A stretch of DNA of 64,000 bases, taken from contig JAISWK010000089.1 in the NCBI GenBank assembly GCA_031270805.1, forward strand, positions 18,235 through 82,234, in the 5' to 3' direction. Both the position numbers and the translations under genes were made by a program. Shown here in pieces: positions 1-10,130 of this stretch; the first letter of the stretch is position 1, and each line of letters opens with the position of its first letter. The notes below the pieces were generated by a model, which saw only the letters and a program-made list of their open reading frames with translations, was not told the origin of the DNA and did no database searches. Source of the DNA: Gracilibacteraceae bacterium. Its GTDB lineage: Bacteria; Bacillota; Desulfitobacteriia; Desulfitobacteriales; Syntrophobotulaceae.

Positions 1-2
1 CG

Positions 3-845
3 GAGATCATCCTCGTCAGCACGGTAGCCAATTATCACGAAGAACTGGCGGCGGCCATCGCCCCTTATGTCCGGGACGATCAAGTCCTCGTCGTCTCCCC
101 CGGCAACGCCGGCGCCCTGATCTTCCATCAGGCTTTCCGCCGCCGGGGGGCGGGAGCGCCGCTGGTCGCGGAAACAGCGGGAAATCTCACTTCGGCCCGC
201 CTCACCGGCCGGGCCGAGGCGCTGGGGGCCCGACCGATCTCCATCCGAAAACTCGCCGCCTTTCCGGCCCGGGACACGGCGAAGGCGATCGCCGCCCTGG
301 ACGGAGTTTTTACCCCGGAACCGCTGAAGCATGTTTTTGAAACCACGCTGAACAGCCCGAATGTGGTCAACCATTTGACGGCCTCGCTGCTCAACGCCTC
401 CAAACTGGACGACCGGGGCGAGGAATTCCGCCTTTTCATCGACGGCCTGACTCCGTCCGTTTTTAAAGGACTGGAGGCCGCCGATAGGGAATGGCAGTCG
501 GTACTCGCCGCGCTGGGTTATTGGCAAATGCCGTCGCCCCTCCCTCATCTCCGGGAAGTCACCCAGCCGGAACTGTACCCGCAGCACGCCATTTTTCGCG
601 GCTTGCACGGCCCGGACGGCATCGGGCACCGCTATGTGGACGAGGACGCCGGCGCCGCCGTTACTTTACTGGTCTCGCTGGCCCGGCTGATTGGGACGCC
701 GGTTCCTTTCACGGAGGCGGTACTCCGGATCGCCTCCGCTCTGAACGACACGGACTATTACCGGAACGGGCGCAATCTGGAAAACCTCGGTCTCGGCGGC
801 AAAACCCCGGATGAAATACACCATATTCTGCAAGAGGGATTTTAA
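3..845 (+). CDS. opine (octopine/nopaline-type) NAD(P) dehydrogenase family protein, 5-prime end outside window
   Basis: Frame open from base 3 (EIILVSTVANYHEELAAAIAPYV...) and continuous with the 363..845 track ORF. Family call rests on recalled similarity of the C-terminal half (NSPNVVNHLTASLLNAS, HRYVDEDAGAAVTLLVSLA). Confidence 0.5.
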   Translation, partial: EIILVSTVANYHEELAAAIAPYVRDDQVLVVSPGNAGALIFHQAFRRRGAGAPLVAETAGNLTSARLTGRAEALGARPISIRKLAAFPARDTAKAIAALDGVFTPEPLKHVFETTLNSPNVVNHLTASLLNASKLDDRGEEFRLFIDGLTPSVFKGLEAADREWQSVLAALGYWQMPSPLPHLREVTQPELYPQHAIFRGLHGPDGIGHRYVDEDAGAAVTLLVSLARLIGTPVPFTEAVLRIASALNDTDYYRNGRNLENLGLGGKTPDEIHHILQEGF

Positions 846-1654
846 GACAATTCTATCGTCTCCAGGTCGTCGGGCACATGAACCCGGCCGGGAAAAACCT
901 CGCCCGCTTCCCGGCTGTAATCCCGCCGGCGCTCGGACAAATGATCATCTTCGGTGTGCACCAGCACCAAATTGGCGGCCCCCAGGCGGGCAGCCAGCAG
1001 GCCGGCGTCACGGGCGGTGCCGTGTCCTTTTTCCCCGGGCCGGTAAAACTCCCGATCCCGCTCCAAGCAGAAAGCCTCGCCCATTAACCAATCCGCCCCC
1101 ACCGCCCGGCTGTCTGCCCCGGCGTTGTAACGCCCGTCCCCGGTATAAACAAAACGACCGCCGGCCCAGGCGGCTTCCAGGCCGAATTGCCGCATCCGGT
1201 CGGCCTGGACGTCAAAAGCGCGCAGGTCAAGCCCGGCCGCCCGGAAAGTATCTCCGTCCGCCACTGTCCGGTAAGCCACCGCGCCCGAAACGCGCTCCTG
1301 AAAATCCGGGCCCAGGGTGGCGCGACAGATCAGGTGCAAAGCCGCCAGCACATCCGCATGACCGTAGATCACGCGCCGAGCGCCGTCCGGGGCATAAGCG
1401 AAACGCCGGAGCAGCCACGGCACGCCCAGGATATGATCGGTATGGGCATGGGTCAGGTAAACGGCCTCCAGGGCCGGCCAGGTCAGACCGGCGGCTTCGA
1501 TGCGGGTAAGAATCTGATTGCCGCCGCCTGCGTCGATCAGGATATAATTGCCGTCCGCATTGCCCGCCAGCGCGAAGCAGGTATTGTAACAGCGGGTCGT
1601 CATGGCGTGCCCGGTACCCAGCATCGTCAGGCGGACGCTCGTTTTAGCCAACAT
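842..1654 (-). CDS. MBL-fold metallo-hydrolase
   Basis: 270-aa ORF with HxHxDH zinc motif (LTHAHTDHILG) and a DAGGG element typical of the metallo-beta-lactamase fold. Confidence 0.75.
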   Translation of the reverse strand: MLAKTSVRLTMLGTGHAMTTRCYNTCFALAGNADGNYILIDAGGGNQILTRIEAAGLTWPALEAVYLTHAHTDHILGVPWLLRRFAYAPDGARRVIYGHADVLAALHLICRATLGPDFQERVSGAVAYRTVADGDTFRAAGLDLRAFDVQADRMRQFGLEAAWAGGRFVYTGDGRYNAGADSRAVGADWLMGEAFCLERDREFYRPGEKGHGTARDAGLLAARLGAANLVLVHTEDDHLSERRRDYSREAGEVFPGRVHVPDDLETIELS

Positions 1655-1667
1655 AGGTCGCCGCCTC

Positions 1668-2567
1668 TCAGAGCATTTGCAAAAGCAGCGTCTGCTCTAA
1701 GCGGGACATCTCGCTCTTTTTGTTCCGGAGGAGAAAGAATACATATTCAAAATCCCCTCCCCTGGAGCGCACCGGCACCGCTTTCAGATGATAGCGCTCC
1801 GAAATGGCGTTCTTTTCGGACATGCCTTCCATGGCAAAACCGACGGCGGCGCCTGAACTCACCGTTTCCCAGAACAATTGGCCGTTGCAGGTGGAAAGGA
1901 TGATATTGGGATCGCCGTGACGCCTCAGGGTGTCCATGATCCGAACGCTGTTGCACAGATACTCAAAACGGACAATGGGATGGCGCAGGACTTCTTGGAT
2001 TGAGGTGGATTTCTGCTTGGCGATCGGCAGCTTTTCGCTGGCAAACAGCACCAAGCGGTCATTTTTTGTCTTGACGACTTCCAGCCCCATATCGATATAT
2101 GCTTCTTCCCTATACTCCTTTTTCAGCTGCAGCAGCAACCCCCCCGCCAGCCGATCCCGGCGCAGGATCTCCAGGATTTCCTCCTGCTCCTTGTTGCTGA
2201 CGGTAATGCGATAGCCCGGATTTTTCCGGCAAAACTCACTGATCTTCTTACTGGTCAGTTCCGTATTGATGCTGAACGGCTGAAAGTAGCGAAAACGGTA
2301 AGCCTCATTCGGGGTTGGTTTCAATTGCTCCAGTTCCTTACATTTGAGCAGAATTTCCTCGGCGATGCGGACAAATTCCTCGCCCGCCGGCAGCAAAGCC
2401 ACCCCGCTTGAAGAACGGTGCAGGAGACACAAGCCATACTCCTTCTCCAACTTGCGGATGGCGTTGCTGATATTTTGCGGAGTTACGAAGACGCGCTCGG
2501 CTGCGCGACTGATGGATTTGGTCTTGTTGACTTCCACCAGGTAAACCAGTTGCTCGATTTGCATCAT
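1668..2567 (-). CDS. LysR-family transcriptional regulator
   Basis: N-terminal winged-HTH (MQIEQLVYLVEVNKTKSISRAAERVFVTPQNISNAIRKLEKEYG) followed by a roughly 200-aa substrate-binding domain. Divergent from the permease/ASST genes. Confidence 0.85.
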   Translation of the reverse strand: MMQIEQLVYLVEVNKTKSISRAAERVFVTPQNISNAIRKLEKEYGLCLLHRSSSGVALLPAGEEFVRIAEEILLKCKELEQLKPTPNEAYRFRYFQPFSINTELTSKKISEFCRKNPGYRITVSNKEQEEILEILRRDRLAGGLLLQLKKEYREEAYIDMGLEVVKTKNDRLVLFASEKLPIAKQKSTSIQEVLRHPIVRFEYLCNSVRIMDTLRRHGDPNIILSTCNGQLFWETVSSGAAVGFAMEGMSEKNAISERYHLKAVPVRSRGGDFEYVFFLLRNKKSEMSRLEQTLLLQML

Positions 2568-2612
2568 TAATCATCCTTACCTCATTAAGAAACCTCATAT
2601 TATTATATAGGA

Positions 2613-2631
2613 TTTTACAGCTTATGTAAAA
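2613..2631. promoter_or_regulatory. 7-bp inverted repeat TTTTACA-N5-TGTAAAA in the divergent LysR/permease intergenic region (candidate LysR box)
   Basis: ttttacagcttatgtaaaa read directly, about 46 nt upstream of the LysR start. AT-rich dyads of this kind are typical LysR operators. Confidence 0.3.
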
Positions 2632-2964
2632 CGCGCCGCCATAGTATTTCTCAATCCTGTCATTGTCGATTCTTATTTCGCCGCTCCCGGCGCCGGGACT
2701 TTTCTCTTAACCGGCGGAAATTGGGCATCTTCCGGCCTCCGCCGCTGCCGGCGCCAATCTGTCAGTTTTCTGAATTATGAATCTTCGCAAACAGCATTTG
2801 CTTCTTTTTGCCGCGATTGTTTTGTATTATGGTCTTGATAAGCTCGAGCAATTATCAACCGGCCCAACCGCCCCTCAACCCGGAGTAACTATCTGTTTCT
2901 TTAATCCCTGTCCGGCGGCAGGCAAGACTGCTGCCAATATTTATCAATTTAAGGGGGATTCTGC

Positions 2965-4524
2965 ATGGAGACTGTTGCAAAACTCAAGCTCGCCTACAGC
3001 AAGGAACTGCCTAAGTTTCTCATTTTCGTCGGCATTTGCGCCGCCGGCTGGCTGCTGTCTTTCGCCTTCCCGCCCTCGGCGGAGGATCCGGCGACCAACA
3101 TCGGCCTGACTCAAATCGGTATCCGAACTCTGTTCGTCTTTCTCGCCTGCGTCTATGGCTGGAGCATCACGACCGAAGTTTGGCCCAGTATGCTGGCCTT
3201 CTGCTTCCTGCCGCTCACGGGCAGCATCAACACCACCCAATTGCTGGCCGCGGGCTTCGGTTCCGATCTGGGCTTTTTCACCATCGTTCTGCTTGTTTTC
3301 ATCGCTTTTCTGACGGAGATCGGCGTACCGCGTTTTATCGCCAACTGGATGCTGACCCGCCGCATCCTGGCCGGACACCCCTGGCGCTTTTTCTTTACCA
3401 TTCTCATCATCACCTGGTTTTTGTCCACCATCAACACCTTCATGTCCGCTTTCCTGATGTGGAGTATCCTGTACGGCGTTTTTGAAAAGGCCGGTTACAA
3501 GAAACAGGACAAATTCCCCACCTATGTGTTCTTCGGCATCGGTCTCTGCGTGGGGGTTTCCCTCTCGGCCATGCCCTGGAGCATGAACGCCATCGTTTTG
3601 CACAATTTCCTCTCTACCTACCTGGGCATCCCTATTGACGTGGCTAAATACCTGGCCTTTTCGATTCCTTTCTCCCTGATTTCAATCATCGTCTACCTGA
3701 TTTTATGTAAATTTGTTTTCCGGGTTGACCTGCAGGGCTTGAAAAACGTGGACATGAGCTTCATCCCCAAAGAGGAGCTGGAAGTCACGCCGGACCGGGC
3801 CGTCGGTCTTTTATCCCTGGCGGCGCTCATCCTGATGATGATCGTGCCCGTTTTTACCCAGAATGTAGCCGCCCTGGCCGGTTTCAACGCGATCATGGCC
3901 AGTTTCGGCTACGCCGGTAAGGCCCTGATTATTCTGGGCGTCCTGATCATCTTCCGCGTGGGCGAAAAACGGCTGTTTGAGTATGACAAATTCTCCGGCC
4001 AGTTGAAATGGGGCGTTATCGGTATCATCTGGATCGTGGTGCCGCTGGGCTCATGCCTGACCAACCCGGCCGCCGGCATCCAGGCCTTCCTGCGGTCTAC
4101 CCTGATTCCTATGGTGCAGGACCTCAATTTCTTCGTCTTTGTCATCATCATTACCGCTCTGGTCGTCATTGTCACGAACTTCATGGCTAATATGCCGGTC
4201 GCCATGATGTTCGCTCCCATCGCTCTCGGCATGGCCGCCGCCAACGGCGTCGCCGAAGAGTCGGTCGGTTTTCTGCTCGTAGTAGCCTGCACCATCGCCT
4301 GGCTGGTACCCAGTTCCTCCCCGGCCGGCATTTTGCTCTATATGAATCCCGAATGGCTGAAACCGACGGATACACTGCGTATCGGCGCCGTAGCCATGGT
4401 CTGCTGCCTTGTTGTGGCTCTGGTCTGTTACTGGTTCATTCTCCAGCCCCTCTTCTCCGGCGTCCCGCCGGTGGCGGAGCGGTCGGCTCTCGATTCCGCT
4501 CTGGCACTGGTGCGACTCATATAA
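2965..4524 (+). CDS. polytopic permease, ion-transporter-superfamily-like (family not resolved)
   Basis: 519 aa, hydrophobic throughout (more than 10 predicted TM segments). ATG lies 7 nt after GGGGG. The internal SSSPAG loop resembles hairpin motifs of anion/carboxylate permeases. Confidence 0.55.
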   Translation: METVAKLKLAYSKELPKFLIFVGICAAGWLLSFAFPPSAEDPATNIGLTQIGIRTLFVFLACVYGWSITTEVWPSMLAFCFLPLTGSINTTQLLAAGFGSDLGFFTIVLLVFIAFLTEIGVPRFIANWMLTRRILAGHPWRFFFTILIITWFLSTINTFMSAFLMWSILYGVFEKAGYKKQDKFPTYVFFGIGLCVGVSLSAMPWSMNAIVLHNFLSTYLGIPIDVAKYLAFSIPFSLISIIVYLILCKFVFRVDLQGLKNVDMSFIPKEELEVTPDRAVGLLSLAALILMMIVPVFTQNVAALAGFNAIMASFGYAGKALIILGVLIIFRVGEKRLFEYDKFSGQLKWGVIGIIWIVVPLGSCLTNPAAGIQAFLRSTLIPMVQDLNFFVFVIIITALVVIVTNFMANMPVAMMFAPIALGMAAANGVAEESVGFLLVVACTIAWLVPSSSPAGILLYMNPEWLKPTDTLRIGAVAMVCCLVVALVCYWFILQPLFSGVPPVAERSALDSALALVRLI

Positions 4525-4543
4525 TTTTAAGGAGGCAATGACT

Positions 4544-5977
4544 ATGGGTTATCCGAGTGTCCACCCCAAAGGCGTTACCATTTACAAACCAGACAAATGC
4601 TGGAACGGTTACACCATCTTCGGCGTAACCGGCACAGGCGCGGTTCTCATGGACATGAACGGCGCGGAAGTGCGTGTTTGGAAGGGAGTTTACGGCTTCC
4701 CGAACAAGCTCTTTCCCGGCGGTTACCTGCTGGGCGCCCACGGCGAGCGCAATCCGGCCTACGGCTTCCAGGACACGCTGGACTTGGTGCAGTGGGACTG
4801 GGACGGCAATGTGGTCTGGCAATACGACCATACCGAGCATATTGAAGATCCGGGTGAACCCGCCGGTTGGCAGGCGCGCCAGCACCACGACTTTCAGCGC
4901 GAAGGCAATCCCGTGGGCTATTACGCGCCAGGACTGGATCCCCAAACCTCCGGCGGCAATACCCTGATTCTCTGTCATCGGAACATTGTTAATCCAAAAA
5001 TTTCCAATCACCTGCTGGTGGACGACATTATCGTGGAAGTGAACTGGCAGGGCGACCGGGTATGGGAATGGGCCGCCGCCGACCATTTCGAGGAATTCGG
5101 CTTTTGCCAGACCGCCAGAAACACCATGTACCGCAACCCCAACCTGCGCACCGGCGGCACGCTGATGGGCGACTGGATTCACATCAACTCCATGAGTACC
5201 CTGGGCCCGAACAAACGCTACGACGCTGGGGACGAGCGCTTCCACCCCGACAACATTATCTGCGACGGCCGCGAAGTCAACATTCTGTTTATCATCTCCA
5301 AAAAGACCGGCAAGATTGTCTGGAAAGTGGGCCCGGAATACAGTCAGGGCCCGGAGCAGAAGCTTGGCTGGATCATCGGCCAGCACCACGCCCACATGAT
5401 CCCTAGGGGTCTGCCCGGCGAAGGCAATATCCTGGTCTATGACAACGGCGGCTGGGCCGGTTACGGCGCCGTCAACCCCTCATCCAAGGACGGGACGAAG
5501 AACGCCTGGCGCGACTACACCCGCATCCTGGAATTCAACCCGCTGAATATGGAAATTGTCTGGCAGCATACCCCGGCGGAGGACGGTCACTCCATGCCCT
5601 TCAACAACAGCCACTTTTACAGTCCCTTCGTCAGCTCGGCCCAACGTCTGCCCAACGGCAACACCTTGATCTGCGAAGGCTCGGAAGGCCGCTTTCTGGA
5701 AGTTACAGCGGATCACGAGACCGTATGGGAATATCTCAGCCCTTACAGGAACCTGGGCAGCCTCAACATGGTCTACCGTTGTTACCGGACGCCTTATGAC
5801 TGGGCCCCTCAGGCCCGGCATACGCCGGAAACGGCCATTGAACCCATCGACTGCAACAACTGGCGCGTACCCGGCGCTTCCCGCGAACGCCTTTCCGAAG
5901 TGGAGATCGAGGGCTGTGTGACCCACGCCGCACAGGACCCTTCCCGTTCGCTCTGTATTGGCGGGGTTGAAGATTGA
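4544..5977 (+). CDS. aryl-sulfotransferase (ASST) family beta-propeller protein, no signal peptide
   Basis: Track ORF 4409..5977 trimmed to the ATG 8 nt after GGAGG (MGYPSVHPKG...; an ATG at 4538 is also in frame). Repeated His-rich propeller blocks (HHDFQREGNPVGYY, DWIHINSM, GQHHAHMIPRGLPGEGNILVYDNGG). Confidence 0.65.
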   Translation: MGYPSVHPKGVTIYKPDKCWNGYTIFGVTGTGAVLMDMNGAEVRVWKGVYGFPNKLFPGGYLLGAHGERNPAYGFQDTLDLVQWDWDGNVVWQYDHTEHIEDPGEPAGWQARQHHDFQREGNPVGYYAPGLDPQTSGGNTLILCHRNIVNPKISNHLLVDDIIVEVNWQGDRVWEWAAADHFEEFGFCQTARNTMYRNPNLRTGGTLMGDWIHINSMSTLGPNKRYDAGDERFHPDNIICDGREVNILFIISKKTGKIVWKVGPEYSQGPEQKLGWIIGQHHAHMIPRGLPGEGNILVYDNGGWAGYGAVNPSSKDGTKNAWRDYTRILEFNPLNMEIVWQHTPAEDGHSMPFNNSHFYSPFVSSAQRLPNGNTLICEGSEGRFLEVTADHETVWEYLSPYRNLGSLNMVYRCYRTPYDWAPQARHTPETAIEPIDCNNWRVPGASRERLSEVEIEGCVTHAAQDPSRSLCIGGVED

Positions 5978-7224
5978 CCGCATCTTCCCGATATCAGAAT
6001 TTTTGGCTCGTAACGGTTCTCCTGACCGCCTGCGCCATGACCACCGGGGTCAACATGTTCAAAATACCCATGATTCTGAACGATCTGGCCGCAGACTACG
6101 GCATGGAATTAACCGGCGCTTCCTGGCTGATGGCTGTGTTTACTTTTACCGGCATTTTCTGCGCCTGGCCGGCGGGGTCTCTGGCGCAAAAAATGAATCC
6201 TCTCCGCTTTATGCTGACCGGCGTTTACTTCGTGGCGGCCGGCTCTCTCCTGGGCGCCTTTGCTCCCGGCGCCGCCGCCCTGATTGCCACCCGCGCCCTG
6301 GAAGGCATCGGTTTTTGCCTGGTGACGGTTTCCGGCCCGCTGGTTCTGACCCGGGTTATCGCCCCGCAAAACCGGGGCCGGGCCATGGGGCTCTGGGGCA
6401 CCTGGCTCTGCCTGGGCCAGGTAATAACCTTCGCCTTGACCCCCACCATTTACCAGACCGGGGGACGCCCCCTGGTCTGGCTCCTCTACGCCGCTTTGGC
6501 GGCTCTGTTGGCTACCGTCTGCCTCGTGACACTCCGTCTGCCGGCGGCGGAAACCCTCGCCGCCGCAGCGCCGCCAAGCCCGCCTGCTGAACCATCCCCG
6601 CCGCGCCTTACGCCTTTGGCCGGCGTCCTCAAAAGTCCCTGTTTCTGGCGCCTGGGCTGTTCATACCTTATTTACAATATCCTGATCACGGCGGTTCTGA
6701 CTTTCGGGCCGACCTACCTGGAGGGCATCGGCATCAGTACGGCCCAGGCGGCGGCGCTGACCAGTCTGCCCATGCTGCTGGCCCTCGTTTCCTCCCCGCT
6801 TTTTGGCTGGCTGATGGATCGGCTGCAAACCAAAAAACCCCTGCTTTGCTTCGCCCTGCTGGGACTCCTGGGCGCCACCCTGTTTTTCCTGCCCGCCGCC
6901 CTCCCGCGCGGGGCCGGTATACTGCTCATCGGTTTGGCTTGCGGCGCCCCTTGCATTGTCCTGAATCTGATCCCGGATACCATCCTGAACCCCGCCGGTT
7001 ACGGCAACGCGGTGGGACTGCTTATGGTGCTGCAAAACATCGGCATGTTCCTCGGTTCCCTGAGCCTTTCCTACTTGCTCCTGCCCGCCGGCGGCAACTG
7101 GACGCTGGCCGGTCTGATGCTCCTGCCCCTCGGCTTCCTTGCCTTCCTCGGCGTTCTGCTCCTCCCACTGCCCAAAGCCGGAACCCAGGCGCGGCCGATT
7201 TCAGAAAGATCATTTAATCAATAA
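5974..7224 (+). CDS. MFS transporter
   Basis: 416 aa with about 12 hydrophobic segments and an MFS-like loop (GSLAQKMNPLRFM). The TTG start overlaps the ASST stop (TTGA); start codon is uncertain. Confidence 0.7.
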   Translation: MTASSRYQNFWLVTVLLTACAMTTGVNMFKIPMILNDLAADYGMELTGASWLMAVFTFTGIFCAWPAGSLAQKMNPLRFMLTGVYFVAAGSLLGAFAPGAAALIATRALEGIGFCLVTVSGPLVLTRVIAPQNRGRAMGLWGTWLCLGQVITFALTPTIYQTGGRPLVWLLYAALAALLATVCLVTLRLPAAETLAAAAPPSPPAEPSPPRLTPLAGVLKSPCFWRLGCSYLIYNILITAVLTFGPTYLEGIGISTAQAAALTSLPMLLALVSSPLFGWLMDRLQTKKPLLCFALLGLLGATLFFLPAALPRGAGILLIGLACGAPCIVLNLIPDTILNPAGYGNAVGLLMVLQNIGMFLGSLSLSYLLLPAGGNWTLAGLMLLPLGFLAFLGVLLLPLPKAGTQARPISERSFNQ

Positions 7225-7241
7225 AAAATGGAGGATTTTGT

Positions 7242-9104
7242 ATGACTATTGAACTGAAAAACGTCACCCACATAATTGACACTCAAGCCGCAGCGGAAGA
7301 AACAATGCTGCGGGAGATAAAAACCGGCGTCTACACCTTGGAAAACCCTTATGTTAAGCTGAATCCCTACCTGGTGGCTCCTTTGACGGCGCTGATCTAT
7401 TTCCAGACCCCGGAGGAGACGGAAACCACCGTCACCGTCAAAGGCAAAGAAGCGGCCGGCGACATGAGTTTCAGCTATCCCAAAGCCAAAGAACACTATA
7501 TCCAGGTGCTGGGCCTTTACGAAAACATGGCTAATACCGTGGAAATCTCCGCCGGGGCCGGCGGCCGGGAAATACTGACCATCCAGACGGAAAAAGCCCC
7601 CGCCAACGTGCTGAAACCCTCGAAGATCGAAACCAGCGCCGACTACCTGGGCAATCTTTGTATATTCCTCAGTCCCACTTCCCCGGCCGCTACAGCCGCT
7701 TATGATTACAAGGGGGACGTGCGCTGGTTCAGCACTTTGAACCACGCTTTTGACCTGAAGCGAATCAAAAACGGCCGCCTCCTGATCGGGACTCACCGCC
7801 TGCTGATGCCGCCGTACCATGTTACCGGCATTTTCGAGATGGGTCTGATCGGAAAAATATACAATGAGTTCCGGGTGCCGGGTGGTTATCATCATGACGA
7901 GTTCGAGATGGAGGACGGCAATATCCTGATTCTGACCCAGGCGCCGGCCCGCGGTACCGTGGAGGATATGTGCGTCCTGGTGGAGCGGCAGACCGGCCGG
8001 ATCATTGACCAATGGGACTACCAGACTGTGCTGCCTCAGTTCCCGGTCGGCGGCTCCGGCACCCAGGATCAGCATGACTGGTTCCACAACAACGCGGTCT
8101 GGTACGATAAAAAAACCCACAGCCTGACATTTTCCGGCCGCCATCAGGACATTATCATCAATATCGGCTATGACGACAAAAAGCTGAACTGGATCATCGG
8201 CGACCCCGAAGGGTGGCCGGAGGAGATGCAGAAGTATTTTTTCCAGCCCGTGGGCGACCTCTCCCGCTTTGACTGGCAGTATGAGCAACACGCTTGCGTT
8301 GTTCTGCCCGATGGTAGTATAATGTGTTTTGATAATGGTCATTGGCGTTCCAAGGTCAAGAGCAAATACCTTCCGGCCAAAGACAATTTTTCCCGCGGCG
8401 TGCGCTACCGGATCAACACCGAGAAGATGGAAATCGAGCAGGTCTGGCAGTTCGGCAAGGAGCGGGGCGCCGATTTCTACTCCCCCTATATCTGCAATGT
8501 GGAATACTACGGCGAAGGTCACTACATGGTACACTCCGGCGGCATCGGCTATGTAAACGGCGAGCCGTACGATCTGCCGGCGGTGGCGGCGCCCAAGGAC
8601 GCGGAGCTGCGCATGAACTCCGTCACAGTGGAGATCAAAGACGACAAGATTCTTTATGAAATGCAGATCCCCGCTAATTATTACCGGGCGGAAAAACTCA
8701 GCCTCTATTGTCCGGAAGACGTGCTGACTTTCGGTAAAGGTCAACTCCTGGGCACACTGGGCGTCACCGAGGAGTTTGATACGGTGCCGGATCTGCCCTC
8801 CGGCGGCCCGGTGCCGGATAAGTATGGCGTCAAGCTGGCGCAGGAAAAGGATCGCCTCGTCATGAAAGCCGTATTCGAACCCGGCCAGATGGTCATGCTC
8901 CTCCTGGAAGGGGAAGAGACCCACGCCTATTTCATCCCCACCACCAAACGCCCCTTCCTGGCCATGTGCGTCGGCACCTTCCTGGAAAACGACGAGCGGG
9001 CGGTGGAAATGCCCATCAGTTTTGAGGGCCTGAGCGGCAAGTTCAAGCTTTCTCTGATTATCGACGAATACAAATACGACACGGGCTGCGAAATCCAAAT
9101 CTGA
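7242..9104 (+). CDS. aryl-sulfate sulfotransferase (AssT-like), no signal peptide
   Basis: 620 aa. N-terminal ASST-type domain (NPYLVAPLTALIYFQTPEE...VLGLYENMANTVEI) then propeller blocks (HHDEFEMEDGNILILTQ, HDWFHNNAVWYD, QYEQHACVVLPDGSIMCFDNG). GGAGG lies 7 nt upstream of the ATG. Confidence 0.8.
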   Translation: MTIELKNVTHIIDTQAAAEETMLREIKTGVYTLENPYVKLNPYLVAPLTALIYFQTPEETETTVTVKGKEAAGDMSFSYPKAKEHYIQVLGLYENMANTVEISAGAGGREILTIQTEKAPANVLKPSKIETSADYLGNLCIFLSPTSPAATAAYDYKGDVRWFSTLNHAFDLKRIKNGRLLIGTHRLLMPPYHVTGIFEMGLIGKIYNEFRVPGGYHHDEFEMEDGNILILTQAPARGTVEDMCVLVERQTGRIIDQWDYQTVLPQFPVGGSGTQDQHDWFHNNAVWYDKKTHSLTFSGRHQDIIINIGYDDKKLNWIIGDPEGWPEEMQKYFFQPVGDLSRFDWQYEQHACVVLPDGSIMCFDNGHWRSKVKSKYLPAKDNFSRGVRYRINTEKMEIEQVWQFGKERGADFYSPYICNVEYYGEGHYMVHSGGIGYVNGEPYDLPAVAAPKDAELRMNSVTVEIKDDKILYEMQIPANYYRAEKLSLYCPEDVLTFGKGQLLGTLGVTEEFDTVPDLPSGGPVPDKYGVKLAQEKDRLVMKAVFEPGQMVMLLLEGEETHAYFIPTTKRPFLAMCVGTFLENDERAVEMPISFEGLSGKFKLSLIIDEYKYDTGCEIQI

Positions 9105-9125
9105 GACCCGACGAGGCAAAAAACA

Positions 9126-9153
9126 CCGGGGGAGGGCTCTTTGCCTCCCCCGG
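9126..9153 (+). terminator. perfect 10-bp GC hairpin between ASST2 and trxB (terminator/attenuator or mRNA-stabilising stem; no U-tract)
   Basis: ccgggggagg-gctctttg-cctcccccgg paired by hand. Confidence 0.35.
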
Positions 9154-9170
9154 ACTACCGGGAGGCGCTT

Positions 9171-10097
9171 GTGGACAACAATTATGATCTAATCATCGTC
9201 GGCGGCGGGCCGGCCGGCATGACCGCCGCTATCTACGCCGTTCGGGCCAATTTGCGCCTGCTGCTTTTGGATAAGCTGGCGGCGGGCGGCCAGATGATCA
9301 ACACTAACGAAATTGAGAACTATCCCGGCCTGGGGCGTGTAAGCGGCCCTGATCTGGCCGTTAAAATGTTCGAACACACTCAGGAGCTGGGGGTGGAGTT
9401 TGACTATAAAACCGTCGTTGATATCCGGACGGAAGGCGATATAAAACGGGTCGTCTGCGCGGAAGACGGCGCGGAATACACGGCGCCGGCCATCATTCTC
9501 TGTACGGGGACGAAGCCCCGGCGTCTGAATGTGCCCGGCGAGGATCGTTTTGCCGGCGACGGTATCAGCTGGTGCGCCATTTGTGACGGCCCGCAGTACA
9601 GGAACAAACGGACGGCGATCATCGGCGGCGGCAACTCGGCGGTGGAAGAGGCCCTCTACCTGTCGGACATCTGCGCCGAAGTGACGCTCGTGACCAACCT
9701 GGATCTGACTGCCGCGCCCAAAGCCTGCGAGCGGCTCCGGAGCCGGCGCAACGTGGAGATCCATGTCTGGCAGGAAGTGCTGGCTTTCGAGGGCGAGGAA
9801 TATCTGACCGGCGTCCGCTTCCGGGGGGCCGGGGAGGCGACGGAGCGCCGCGCGCCTTGTGACGGCGTGTTTGAGTATATCGGCTTCGAGGCATGTTCGG
9901 GCCCTTTTGCCGCTCTCGGCATTGTTGACCGGAGCGGCTGCGTCGTTGTGGACAGTCATATGCGAACGGCCGTTCCCGGAATATTCGCCGCCGGGGATAT
10001 TACGGCCAAACACTTGCGCCAGATCGTCACCTCCGTCGCCGATGGGGCCGTAGCCGCCAATAGCGCCGCGACCTACCTCCAGGAGTACCAGAATTAG
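9171..10097 (+). CDS. trxB: thioredoxin-disulfide reductase
   Basis: FAD motif DLIIVGGGPAGMTAAIYA, redox CAICDG, NADPH motif IIGGGNSAVEEA. Start moved to the GTG 5 nt after GGGAGG, because the track TTG at 9141 lies inside the hairpin. Confidence 0.88.
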   Translation: MDNNYDLIIVGGGPAGMTAAIYAVRANLRLLLLDKLAAGGQMINTNEIENYPGLGRVSGPDLAVKMFEHTQELGVEFDYKTVVDIRTEGDIKRVVCAEDGAEYTAPAIILCTGTKPRRLNVPGEDRFAGDGISWCAICDGPQYRNKRTAIIGGGNSAVEEALYLSDICAEVTLVTNLDLTAAPKACERLRSRRNVEIHVWQEVLAFEGEEYLTGVRFRGAGEATERRAPCDGVFEYIGFEACSGPFAALGIVDRSGCVVVDSHMRTAVPGIFAAGDITAKHLRQIVTSVADGAVAANSAATYLQEYQN

Positions 10098-10130
10098 TCA
10101 TAATATCCCGCGCAGAAAGGCTGTGACCAA

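Noticed and set aside
4501-4518. TGGCAC-containing near-match to a sigma-54 promoter upstream of ASST1
   Set aside because: ctggcactggtgcgact has the -24 TGGCAC but no TTGC at the -12 position. It also lies within the end of the permease gene.
4409-4543. N-terminal extensions in the ORF track (4409, 10423, 16812, 17483, 19429, 20937, 42737, 48606, 50057, 53777, 57150 starts)
   Set aside because: In each case an internal ATG/GTG/TTG with a proper Shine-Dalgarno sequence gives the canonical protein N-terminus or a start/stop overlap. The upstream extension overlaps the preceding gene or a repeat element.
7218-9119. 633-aa minus-strand ORF covering the whole ASST2 gene
   Set aside because: This is a shadow ORF typical of GC-rich DNA. 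It has no RBS and a low-complexity G/H/V/D/F-rich translation, while the plus frame has recognisable ASST blocks and a good RBS.
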